DNA of 59,718 bases, the filler included. It is 7 parts of 7 records of this genome, joined end to end, with 100 filler letters (N's around TTAATTAATTAA, not from the genome) between each part and the next. Parts side by side here need not be neighbours in the genome. Positions count along the whole stretch, not along the records: positions 47,054 to 53,670 come from SRR20825006_2068; positions 53,771 to 59,718 come from SRR20825006_2069; 5 more parts are not named here. One strand, 5' to 3'. Position numbers and translations under genes: made by a program. Of this stretch, positions 49,799 through 59,048 are shown piece after piece. Below the pieces are notes generated by a model, which had not been told where the DNA came from, searched no databases, and saw nothing but the letters and a program-made list of their open reading frames with translations. Numbering within the stretch: position 1 is the first letter of the stretch; the number at the start of each line of letters is the position of its first letter.

Positions 49799-49817
49799 CA
49801 TATAGTATTACAATATG
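49799..49817. promoter_or_regulatory. Palindromic operator (GntR/FadR-like) between divergent ytfQ and galM
   Basis: CATATAGTA-T-TACAATATG, 9-bp arms with 1 mismatch. Confidence 0.55.
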
Positions 49818-49924
49818 ATTTGAAATGACTCAACCGGTTAGTTATTTAGCCTTTTGTCCAATCGCTTTTAGCGTTTTAAAACCGACAGAAACCCTATAAG
49901 AAACAAAGATTACGGGAGAACGAG

Positions 49925-50983
49925 ATGCCTGAAACCACGCAAACACCTGACATAGAAACACCTTCATCACCCGCACGCATTCAGGGTGGAAACGCCCCCC
50001 GGGCCGTGCTTAGGACACCGCAGATTCGCCTTACGGTTTCTGCGCTTGGTGCGCGTCTTTGCGGGCTTGATGTGTATGATGACGGGGGAAGCACAGTCAC
50101 CAATGTCACGGTCGGGCTGGCAGATGATGATGCCTATCTGGCGCAAGACAGCTATATCGGTGCGGTTTGCGGGCGCTATGCCAACCGGATTGAAAAGTCA
50201 CGCTATCGCGACATGCATGGCAGCGAAATCAAACTTGCCGCCAATGAAGGCGAAACGCATCTTCATGGTGGGAATGACGGATTTGATAAGCGTCTTTGGA
50301 CGATATCCCAACAGTCCGACACCAGTGTTCGCTTTACCCTGACCTCGCCCGATGGGGATCAGGGTTATCCCGGCACCATGATTGCCACGGCGACCTATTC
50401 AGTCATTGCCGATAATCGCCTGCGGCTTGAAATGACGGCAACTTGTGACAAAACCTGCCCGATCAATATGACCAGCCATGCTTATTGGAACCTGACGGGG
50501 AAATTTGATCAGACGGCGGCGGATCATGTTTTGCAGATCACTGCCGACAGATGGCTTCCGGTTGATGACAAACTGATCCCGCTTGCAACAATCAAGGATG
50601 TTTCAGGCACCGGGTATGATTTCAGAAGCCCGGCACGGGTTTCCGATATGCTGCCCCATGCGACACAGGGCTTTGATCATAATTTCTGCCTGACCGGAGA
50701 TCGCGGATCCTTGCGCCAAATCGCAACCCTTTCTGATCCGGACAGCGGACGGTCGATGAAACTGTTTTCAACAGAAGCCGGATTGCAATTCTATCTTGCG
50801 CAGCATTTTAACAGCGAGATGAAAACAGAAACCGGAACAGCGCTTCATTCAAATGCCGGCATTGCACTGGAACCCCAAACCTACCCCAACAGCCCCAACC
50901 GCCCGGACTTCCCAAGCCCGTGGCTGAAACCCGGTGAAACATACCGGCATGTGATTGAGTGGGAGTTTTCTTCTCACACTTGA
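49925..50983 (+). CDS. galM: Aldose 1-epimerase (galactose mutarotase)
   Basis: GRYANRI, HLHGG, DGDQGYPG, NMTSHAYWNL, FDHNF, ALEPQ. Confidence 0.93.
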   Translation: MPETTQTPDIETPSSPARIQGGNAPRAVLRTPQIRLTVSALGARLCGLDVYDDGGSTVTNVTVGLADDDAYLAQDSYIGAVCGRYANRIEKSRYRDMHGSEIKLAANEGETHLHGGNDGFDKRLWTISQQSDTSVRFTLTSPDGDQGYPGTMIATATYSVIADNRLRLEMTATCDKTCPINMTSHAYWNLTGKFDQTAADHVLQITADRWLPVDDKLIPLATIKDVSGTGYDFRSPARVSDMLPHATQGFDHNFCLTGDRGSLRQIATLSDPDSGRSMKLFSTEAGLQFYLAQHFNSEMKTETGTALHSNAGIALEPQTYPNSPNRPDFPSPWLKPGETYRHVIEWEFSSHT

Positions 50984-51052
50984 TCGAAAAGCAACCATGG
51001 GTTTTATTAGGCAGGTAAATCGATATTTCCTAATAAAACCGGATAAACGAAA

Positions 51053-52072
51053 ATGCGCCGCGTTGTTTTGATACTCTTCTCCATCCTCTTATCAACATCG
51101 CTTGCGCATGCCGGAGGTCAAGTCTCAGACGAACTGCGCTTTAAAATTGATGAGGGATATATCGAAATAAGCGCGGGCAACATGCAATGGAAGCCCATTC
51201 CACTGCAAAAAAACGCAACGATAGAGGTCTTGGTCGATGTTCATAATCAGAGATACAACGACCTAAGCGTTCTTATTTGCGACGCACAACAGCTGTCCGT
51301 TTTTCGTTCTGGTAACGTCGCTAGATGCTATGGCGGCACAAGACTAAAAGATCGCTTTCAGATATCCGGAAAGATAGATGAGACACGCCAATATTACCTT
51401 GTATTCAGCAATACGTTCAGTCTCATCGTCACGAAGAAAGCGTACTTCACAGTTTACGCCACCACGGCTACACCTTGGGAAATGGCACATAAACTGGAAG
51501 AAGGTTTCTCAGCACTCACAACAGAGCTATCCAGAACATACGGCATCAATGAATTCGACATTCTAGTTGAGCCTTGTGGTCACGAGAATGCCTACTCCGC
51601 CCACAAAAGCGGCAACATAACACTGTGTTCTGAATTACTGATGGAACTTATCAAAACCAACAACGAAGGGATGCTGCTTGCTGTCCTAATGCACGAGGTT
51701 GGCCACAGCCTGTTAAACAAACTAGGGCTGCCGAACTGGGACAACGAAGAAACCGTGGATGAGTTCGCGGTTTACATGCTTTATCTCGCGTCTAAACAAG
51801 AGGCTGCATTATCTTGGATAGAATGGAACGAACAGCAAAATTCGCGATCCGAAATGATCAACGCCTTGGAAAATGACGTTCGCCATCCGCTCTCAATTCA
51901 AAGAGCGCGAAACGTCAGACGATTATTAAAAAACCCTGATGAGATGATAACACGGTGGAACAATCTTCTTTATCCACATATGACCAGTCCAGCCCTGCAA
52001 AAGATTGCCTCGACCTCACCACCACGCTCCGATCCAAAACTGGCCAACAGTATTATAGCTGACCGCAATTAA
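51053..52072 (+). CDS. Secreted putative zinc metallopeptidase (DUF4344-like C-terminal domain)
   Basis: Signal peptide; CGHENAY, ITLCSEL, MHEVGH (HExxH), EETVDEFA, HPLSIQR. Confidence 0.7.
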   Translation: MRRVVLILFSILLSTSLAHAGGQVSDELRFKIDEGYIEISAGNMQWKPIPLQKNATIEVLVDVHNQRYNDLSVLICDAQQLSVFRSGNVARCYGGTRLKDRFQISGKIDETRQYYLVFSNTFSLIVTKKAYFTVYATTATPWEMAHKLEEGFSALTTELSRTYGINEFDILVEPCGHENAYSAHKSGNITLCSELLMELIKTNNEGMLLAVLMHEVGHSLLNKLGLPNWDNEETVDEFAVYMLYLASKQEAALSWIEWNEQQNSRSEMINALENDVRHPLSIQRARNVRRLLKNPDEMITRWNNLLYPHMTSPALQKIASTSPPRSDPKLANSIIADRN

Positions 52073-52077
52073 TGCCC

Positions 52078-52175
52078 CGTCGTTCCCGCGAAGGCGGGAA
52101 CCTGATGCATTATGGCATTCTATGAACCTGTGGGTCGAGATTCCGGGCTTGCGCTGCGCTCCACCCGGAATGACG
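52078..52175. repeat. Alphaproteobacterial CGTC-type REP-like palindromic element
   Basis: CGTCGTTCCCGCGAAGGCGGGAACC ... GATTCCGGG...CCCGGAATGACG between convergent genes. Confidence 0.7.
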
Positions 52176-52223
52176 GACATTTAAAGTAACCAGTAGATTT
52201 ATGCTACTGTCTTGTTCTTTGGA

Positions 52224-53670
52224 TTAAAGTGCCGCAACCACCCCGTCCGCCCGTGGATCGGTTGCACCTTCCATTACCCCATTGGGTTGCAATCGAATGC
52301 CACCGGCATGACCCATCATGTCTTCATAGGGGCCGACAAGTTCGACTGCGTGACCTGCCTTTTCAAGCTGGTCGATGAGGCCTGCGTCAAAGCGGTTTTC
52401 AAGCTTAAGCGTGGTGGTTTCATCGCCCCATGTTTTGCCGAGCAACCAGCGCGGTGCGGTGATGGCTTCTTGCAAGTCCTGCCCGAACATAACATTGCGG
52501 GTAAAGATCGCCGACTGGGTTTGGGGTTGTCCCTCCCCGCCCATGGTGCCATAGGTCAGGGTGGATCCGTCTTTGAGCTTTGCCAAGGCCGGGTTGAGCG
52601 TATGGAACGGCAAGCGCCCCGGGCCAAGCTGGTTCGGGCCATCGTGAAGGGTGAAGCTCGCACCCCGGTTCTGCCAAAGCACGCCGGTTTCGGGCACAAC
52701 CACCCCTGATCCGAATTCCCAGAAGATGCTTTGGATGTAACTTACCGCAACACCATTGGCATCCACCGCGCCCATCCAGATGGTATCACCCGGTTTGGCG
52801 ATATGCGGCCAAGGCAGGGCTGATTTCATGTCGATCTTGGCAGATTCAGCATCTAGCATCTGATCGGCAAGCAAGCTCAGCGGGTCAATCTTCATACGGT
52901 CAGGATCACCAACATATGCGTCACGTTTGATAAAGGCGCGTTTGGTTGCCTCGATCAAGCCGTGGATATGATCAAACCCGTCACCTGCTTTAACACCCAA
53001 CCGATCAAACAGACCAAGGATCATAAGCGATGCGACACCCTGGGTCGGGGGCACCATATTGAACACTGTCCCGGTTGAAAGCCTGACCGAAAGCGGTGTC
53101 ATGACCTTGGCGTTATAGCTTTCAAGATCAGAAAGACCAATCGGGCTGCCAACGCGTGAAAGCCCGTTGGCGTTGCTGCGCGCGATATCGCCGCGATAAA
53201 AATCATCCAGCCCCACCTTGCCAAGATGCTCCAGCGTCGCGCCAAGGGCCGGTTGCTTTAACACATCGCCAATGGTCGGAATGCCATTGGCGGCATAGGT
53301 TTCGACATAGCCCGGAACGTCTTTAAGTTCGGCCATTTTGCTCGTGGTCAGTTCGACCTGTGACTTGGTGACCGGAACGCCGGTTCTGGCGTGATGAACC
53401 GCGTCGGCCATCAGACGCATCATCGGCATCTTCCCGCCAAGGCCGGTTGCGATTTCAGATGCCTTGATCCAGCCGCCAATGGCGCCTGCGACAGTTAATG
53501 CCGCCAATGGCCCGCGCGACGGGATCGCGGCCTTACCCTGTTCGCGGTAGAAATCAGGGGTGGCAAGGCCTGCGGCACCGCCACAGGCGCGAATGGCAAC
53601 CGGGTCCTTGCCCGGTTCGGAAATCAACCAGAACCCGTCGCCGCCAATCGCATTCATATGCGGATAGACA
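52224..53670 (-). CDS. ggt: Gamma-glutamyltransferase family protein (5'-truncated)
   Basis: YPHMNAIGGDGF, PPTQG, GDT nucleophile, QNRG, PFHTLNP, GTMGGEGQPQ, DPRADG. Confidence 0.9.
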
Positions 53671-53770
53671 NNNNNNNNNNNNNNNNNNNNNNNNNNNNNN
53701 NNNNNNNNNNNNNNTTAATTAATTAANNNNNNNNNNNNNNNNNNNNNNNNNNNNNNNNNNNNNNNNNNNN
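53671..53770. other. Artificial contig linker
   Basis: N44-TTAATTAATTAA-N44. Confidence 0.99.
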
Positions 53771-54349
53771 CGTCAACGTTGGTGGGCATTCTCTGCACAG
53801 CAGCACTCCACATTGGTGTTTCCGGGCTTTGACTGGCAGGCAACACTGCAATTGGCCCTCGGGTTCACACTAAAAATTCGTGATAGCTACTATGACGGCG
53901 CAGCCTATTCCAAGCTGAATTTTATAGGGCTGCCTTTGGCCCACGCCGGCGGTAGCAATGAGCATGCCGAAGCAGCGCTTCAACGGTATTTGGCTGAAGC
54001 GGTTTGGTATCCACAGGCGCTTTTACCAAGCGATTGTCTGGTGTGGCAGGAGGGGGAAAAGGGCTCGGCTGTCGCAGTACTCGATGATGGCGGCCACACG
54101 GTGAGCATGCGCTTTCAGTTTAATTCTGAAGGGGAGGTCACGCGGGTGTCCACCCCCGAACGGTTTTGCTGGGTGAACGATGGCTATGAGAAACGCCCCT
54201 GGGAGGGGCGCTTTTGCCATTACCAACGCCGCTCAGGTATGTGGGTGCCGACGTCTGCCAGTGCCGCTTGGCACGTCCCTCAAGGGGTGAAAGAGGTTTG
54301 GCAAGGTGAGTTGACGGATGTGCAGTATATTTTGCAGGCTGATTTGTAA
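53771..54349 (+). CDS. Conserved hypothetical protein (DUF6544-like), 5'-truncated
   Basis: LQRYLAEAVWYPQALLP, RPWEGRF..Y....GMWVP. Confidence 0.7.
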   Translation, partial: RQRWWAFSAQQHSTLVFPGFDWQATLQLALGFTLKIRDSYYDGAAYSKLNFIGLPLAHAGGSNEHAEAALQRYLAEAVWYPQALLPSDCLVWQEGEKGSAVAVLDDGGHTVSMRFQFNSEGEVTRVSTPERFCWVNDGYEKRPWEGRFCHYQRRSGMWVPTSASAAWHVPQGVKEVWQGELTDVQYILQADL

Positions 54350-54373
54350 TATACGAGTGTATATACAAATGTA

Positions 54374-54401
54374 TTGACACTTGTCGGTCAAGGCGTATAG
54401 T
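54374..54401 (+). promoter_or_regulatory. Near-consensus sigma70 promoter
   Basis: TTGACA-N16-TATAGT upstream of the hydrolase gene. Confidence 0.7.
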
Positions 54402-54469
54402 CGCAGTGGTCAATTATTGAGCAAAGTGGTGTAGCAAACCATGCAAGTGACCACTGAAGAGAGCAGGCA

Positions 54470-55729
54470 ATGAAAACAGGAAAAGTCCTCCACGGCGCGG
54501 CGCGGCTCGCTTTTGATAGCGTAGACGGTGTGAATACCATCGTAGAGCAGATGTACCGTAATATCAGCGCGACACCGCTGCCATTTGGTCGCGCGCCAGA
54601 GGGGCCTGCTCCCGGTATTGCGGGCTTGGTGCATCGAGTGATTCGCGGCGTTAACGGCGGGGTTCGCAGCACCACTGATGTGGCGCTGTCACCACTGACA
54701 AATTATTTAGATGGACACTTTCCCCCCGGGCCGCATCGAGCGGCAGTGATTGCGGCGCTTAACGGCGTATGCGGCGACCACCTGCATCGCAGTGGCAACC
54801 CCTTAGCGACCCCAATGACGCTGAGAGTGATGCTGGACCCGGACGCACCGCCAAGTGATGCCCCTGGCGCCGCATTATTTGAAACTTGTCGCAGATCCGT
54901 TGAGATATACCCCAGTGCCGCGGCCCTGAGCGACAGCGAGTTTACCGCGGGTGGCCATATTTTATTGCTGGCCCATGGCCTGTGCATGAATGAATTGGAG
55001 TGGACAGCGAAGCAGCACAACCACGGACATATGCTGGCTAAGGAGTATGGCTACAGTCCGGTGTTTGTGCGTTACAACAGCGGTAAACATATTTCACAAA
55101 ATGGGCGTGAGCTTGCCCAACACCTTGAGGGGCTTGTCGAGCGCTGGCCTGTTCCGGTTCAGTCGATTACCGCCGTGGGCTTCAGCATGGGCGGCCTAGT
55201 ACTGCGCAGCGCAATGCACAGCGCTCTTGAACACGCGCAGCGGTGGCCACAGCTTTTGGATAAGGTGGTGTACATCGGTACACCTCACCACGGCTCTGCG
55301 TTGGAGCGGGGCGGCTATTGGCTGCAGAGAGCAATGGCATTCAGTCCCTATACTGCGCCGCTTGCTGCGCTGGGCCGCATTCGCAGCGACGGCATTACAG
55401 ACCTGCGCCATGGAAATATTGTCGACGCCGATTGGCAGTTGTATGACGAACATCAGGACAATGCCGATCATCGGGTGCCGCTCATGCTTCCACCAGGCAT
55501 TGACCATTACGCGATTGCCGGGACACTGTCTCGGTCGTCGGCGGGCTACCTGCAGCGCAGTGATGGTTTGGTGTACCCCGATAGCGCTTTGGGGAGACAC
55601 CCGCTGGGGGCTAAAACGCTAGGCTTTGCCGCAGGCCGGCAGCGGGTGTTTTGTCAGCTGGATCATTTGAGTATGCTCAGTGACGCTCGCGTTGCCGACC
55701 AATTGAAAGAGTGGCTGCGCTTAAGTTGA
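54470..55729 (+). CDS. Alpha/beta hydrolase (PGAP1/lipase-like)
   Basis: HGLCMNE, GFSMGG nucleophile elbow, GTPHHGS, DGLV, DHL. Confidence 0.85.
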   Translation: MKTGKVLHGAARLAFDSVDGVNTIVEQMYRNISATPLPFGRAPEGPAPGIAGLVHRVIRGVNGGVRSTTDVALSPLTNYLDGHFPPGPHRAAVIAALNGVCGDHLHRSGNPLATPMTLRVMLDPDAPPSDAPGAALFETCRRSVEIYPSAAALSDSEFTAGGHILLLAHGLCMNELEWTAKQHNHGHMLAKEYGYSPVFVRYNSGKHISQNGRELAQHLEGLVERWPVPVQSITAVGFSMGGLVLRSAMHSALEHAQRWPQLLDKVVYIGTPHHGSALERGGYWLQRAMAFSPYTAPLAALGRIRSDGITDLRHGNIVDADWQLYDEHQDNADHRVPLMLPPGIDHYAIAGTLSRSSAGYLQRSDGLVYPDSALGRHPLGAKTLGFAAGRQRVFCQLDHLSMLSDARVADQLKEWLRLS

Positions 55730-55837
55730 ACTGGGTGGCCTTGAACTAATTGGCGTTGAAATGAACGGTCTTGCGCCGAATATTGGGGCCGGCGGTATTT
55801 ATGTGCCCCGCCCCGCCATAACAAAGGGAGTGTTGTG

Positions 55838-56236
55838 ATGATAAGTGGGTCGTGCCTGTGTGGCGAAGTGCAGTACACAGTCGAGGGAAAATTCGACCAT
55901 TTTTTCCTGTGCCATTGTCGCCATTGCCAAAAGGATACCGGGTCAGCCCACGCGGCAAATCTGTTTTCCCATGGCGGGCAGCTAACGTGGCGTCAGGGAG
56001 AAGCATTGGTAACGAGCTTCACCTTAGAGGGGAGTCGTCATTGTAAAAGTTTTTGCAGTCGTTGTGGCTCGGCGCTGCCATCGCTGCAGCTTGCTGGGGA
56101 GCTGTTGGTGGTACCAGCGGGAAGCGTAGATGAGCCGTTACAACAGCGCCCCAATGCCCATTTGTTTACGCGTAGCCGCGCGTCCTGGGATGCCGATTTG
56201 GAACAGTTGCAGGCCTTCGAGACGCTGCCGGGGTAG
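55838..56236 (+). CDS. GFA (glutathione-dependent formaldehyde-activating) family protein
   Basis: GSCLCG, CHCRHCQK, FCSRCGS. Confidence 0.9.
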   Translation: MISGSCLCGEVQYTVEGKFDHFFLCHCRHCQKDTGSAHAANLFSHGGQLTWRQGEALVTSFTLEGSRHCKSFCSRCGSALPSLQLAGELLVVPAGSVDEPLQQRPNAHLFTRSRASWDADLEQLQAFETLPG

Positions 56237-56276
56237 AATACGTCGCCATAATCTCTATCACGAAGGATGATGTTGA

Positions 56277-56738
56277 GTGAAAGGCTTAGAGAATAAGATA
56301 CCGCCGCCAGCAGTGGCCCTGTTGGTGGCCACTGCTATGTGGGGGCTCGCTGAGGCGACGCCGAATATGCCCGTTGATAACACGACGAGGCTTGCTCTGG
56401 TGGCTCTGTGTTATTTGCTGGGCGCTGGATTCTCTCTCGGTGGGGTGATGTCATTCCGGCGCGCAAAAACGACGGTGAACCCCTTGAAGCCTGAATCGGC
56501 CTCGGCACTGGTCGACACAGGCATTTACCGCTACACCCGCAACCCAATGTATGTTGGCTTTGCGTTATTTTTGTTGGCGTGGGCGGTGTTTTTGTCGTCG
56601 CTATGGGCCCTGTGGGGACTGCCGCTGTTTATTGCCTATATTCAGCATTTCCAAATTCGTCCGGAAGAGCGCGCTTTAGAACAGATTTTTGGCAGTGAAT
56701 TCTTAGACTACAAACGCCGGGTTCGCCGCTGGTTGTAG
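56277..56738 (+). CDS. Isoprenylcysteine carboxylmethyltransferase family membrane protein
   Basis: TTVNP, GIYRYTRNPMYVG, IRPEERAL...YKRRVRRWL. Confidence 0.88.
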   Translation: MKGLENKIPPPAVALLVATAMWGLAEATPNMPVDNTTRLALVALCYLLGAGFSLGGVMSFRRAKTTVNPLKPESASALVDTGIYRYTRNPMYVGFALFLLAWAVFLSSLWALWGLPLFIAYIQHFQIRPEERALEQIFGSEFLDYKRRVRRWL

Positions 56739-56763
56739 CGGTGTTGCCACGATAAATATAAGG

Positions 56764-57273
56764 GTGTTAGAAGCTTTGCACGACGACGAATACTGGATGC
56801 AACAAGCCCTGTTATTGGCAGAGCGTGCGGAAAAACTCAATGAGGTGCCGGTTGGTGCGTTGGTGGTACGCGACGGCGTTGTCTTGGGTGAGGGCTATAA
56901 CAGCCCGATTTCCGGGCATGATCCCTGCGCCCATGCGGAGATTATTGCCCTGCGCCAGGCCGCCGCTAACGTTGAAAATTATCGCCTGCCGGGCGCGACC
57001 CTATACGTCACCATTGAGCCCTGCGCTATGTGCGCGGGCGCGATCATTCACAGCCGGGTGGCGCGACTGGTGTATGGCGCCAGTGAGCCTAAGGCAGGGG
57101 CGGTGAGTAGCCATTTGCAGTTATTTGATCAAGCGCAAATGAATCACCGGGTTCAGTGGCAGGGCGGCGTGCTGGCTGAGCAGGCGAGCGCGCAAGTGCA
57201 GGCTTTTTTCGCGCGCCGCCGCGAAGAGAAAAAAATAGCAAAGCGCGCGGCGAAGGCAAGTAGCGGCGAGTAA
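56764..57273 (+). CDS. tadA: tRNA adenosine(34) deaminase
   Basis: EVPVGA, DPCAHAE, NYRL, TIEPCAMCAGA, FFARRR. Confidence 0.94.
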   Translation: MLEALHDDEYWMQQALLLAERAEKLNEVPVGALVVRDGVVLGEGYNSPISGHDPCAHAEIIALRQAAANVENYRLPGATLYVTIEPCAMCAGAIIHSRVARLVYGASEPKAGAVSSHLQLFDQAQMNHRVQWQGGVLAEQASAQVQAFFARRREEKKIAKRAAKASSGE

Positions 57274-57306
57274 TCGGGCAGTTCCGTGTGCGAACAATTA
57301 CGATTG

Positions 57307-57984
57307 CTAGCAATAGAAGGCGTCGATACTGCTGCGCAGTGCATCCATATACTGGCGGGCAATGTGCTCGCCAATGTCAGTGTGTTTTCCCAGCCAACGC
57401 ACGGGGGCGCCGCAACCACTAATTATTGCGCAGGCGTCGGTGCCGGTTCCTGTCGCAATTTGCCCTGATACCGGGCTGCGAATATTCATGTCTTGCAGCA
57501 CCGCAGCCTTGGCTTCGCTGATCAAGCCGTGGAGCTCCACCATGCCCGCCGTTGAAAAACTCAGGTCGGCGATAACAACGCTGTTGATAGTGCCGACAGG
57601 CATGGCTTGGGTGGGCTTCCAGTCGCAGGGGTCGCCGGCGCGGCGTGCGTTGCTCAGTCCGCAGCTAACATAAACAGCAAGCGCTTCCCCGTAGATGTGG
57701 CTGTGTGACTGGCGTAGTGACGCCATTGAGGCTGCGGTCATCATCCCGACACAGGTGTCGGGAAGTTGAAGGCGCTGCTGAGCTTGCTGAAGACTTTGTT
57801 CCGGGGTGTGCAAAGGGACATTGGCGTCGCGCTCGACGCGTAGGTTGATAAGTGACCGCGCGCTGACCAGCCCACCATTCAATACTGCTGAGCTTAAACA
57901 CGGTCGTGGCTCGGGCCACTGCAGTGTAAAGTGAGCCGAGCTAGTGTGAGACCGCCAATTGTCGCTGGGTGTTTCCAAGATCAA
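57307..57984 (-). CDS. cbiZ: Adenosylcobinamide amidohydrolase CbiZ-like
   Basis: LSSAVLNGG, VGMMTAASM, GLSNA, GTIN, EAKAAVL, ATGTGTDA, GKHT. Confidence 0.8.
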   Translation of the reverse strand: MILETPSDNWRSHTSSAHFTLQWPEPRPCLSSAVLNGGLVSARSLINLRVERDANVPLHTPEQSLQQAQQRLQLPDTCVGMMTAASMASLRQSHSHIYGEALAVYVSCGLSNARRAGDPCDWKPTQAMPVGTINSVVIADLSFSTAGMVELHGLISEAKAAVLQDMNIRSPVSGQIATGTGTDACAIISGCGAPVRWLGKHTDIGEHIARQYMDALRSSIDAFYC

Positions 57985-58049
57985 TCTGCCGAGTATTTTG
58001 AGGCAGGTATTGTCAGTGAAGGCGCACAGCGTCTCAAGGATTTGTGCGC

Positions 58050-59042
58050 TTATTTCTGGCCGAGTAAGAATACGCCAAAGTCACCTTGAGGGTCTTTCCA
58101 GACCCGGTGAATTTCCATATCTGCCGCTGATGCCAACTCGGCGATACTTTGTTCGCTGTACTTATGCGAATTTTCCGTATGGATGACCTCGCCGCGATGG
58201 AAGTCCATCTTTTCACCTGCCACGTTAACGGTTTGCTCTCGGCAGGCAACCAGCTGCATTTCGATACGGCTGAGTCCTTCGTTGAAGATGGCCCGGTGTT
58301 TAAAGCCATCGTCAACATCGAAGTTGGCGTTCAAATCGTGATTAATGCGCCGCAGAATATTCTTGTTGAACTCTGCTGTGACACCGCGCTTGTCGTCATA
58401 GGCGGCCAGCAGCCGCTGTCGATCTTTTATCAGGTCGGCGCCTAACAGCAATGCACCTGTTGGGCCGGCCAGGGCTTTTAGTGAGCGAAGTACGCCCAGT
58501 GCTTCAGTGCGGTTAAAGTTGCCAATGGTCGATCCGGGAAAGAACACTAGGCGGCGGCCAGACTGGCAAAGCGTGCTGACTTCATCGAGGCAGGCCTGGG
58601 CGGTGAAGTCGCCGGCAACTGGTTGAACCCGCAATGTCGGGAAGCGCTCTTTCAAGGTTGTGATCGCGTGCTCCAAGGCGTCGACGGATATCTCCAGCGG
58701 AATGTAGCGAGGTAAAGTCGGTAACTGTTTGAGTAGCAGCTGTACTTTTTGGCAACTGCCGGCGCCAGGCTCGATGATTTCGGTGTAGGTGCTCAGCGCT
58801 TTGGCGATACTCTTACCGCTACTGCGCAGGATGCTGTATTCGGTGCGGGTTAGGTAATATTCGTCAAGCAGGCAAATTTCTTCGAATAGGCGCGAGCCGC
58901 GAGCGTCGTAAAAATACTTGCAGGGCAGCGTCTTTTGAGCTTGTCGCAGGCCGTGAATAACGTCGTGTAAAAAGGTGTGGTATTGGTCGTCCAGCGTGCG
59001 TTCTTTGGCGAGTGTAGAAGGCATAGCAGTTCCTGTTGTCAT
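58050..59042 (-). CDS. egtD: L-histidine N-alpha-methyltransferase
   Basis: KTLPCKYFYDARGSRLFEEIC..DEYYLTRTE, FPGSTIGN, AAYDDKRGVTAEFN, IHTENSHKY. Confidence 0.95.
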   Translation of the reverse strand: MTTGTAMPSTLAKERTLDDQYHTFLHDVIHGLRQAQKTLPCKYFYDARGSRLFEEICLLDEYYLTRTEYSILRSSGKSIAKALSTYTEIIEPGAGSCQKVQLLLKQLPTLPRYIPLEISVDALEHAITTLKERFPTLRVQPVAGDFTAQACLDEVSTLCQSGRRLVFFPGSTIGNFNRTEALGVLRSLKALAGPTGALLLGADLIKDRQRLLAAYDDKRGVTAEFNKNILRRINHDLNANFDVDDGFKHRAIFNEGLSRIEMQLVACREQTVNVAGEKMDFHRGEVIHTENSHKYSEQSIAELASAADMEIHRVWKDPQGDFGVFLLGQK

Positions 59043-59048
59043 TATGGT

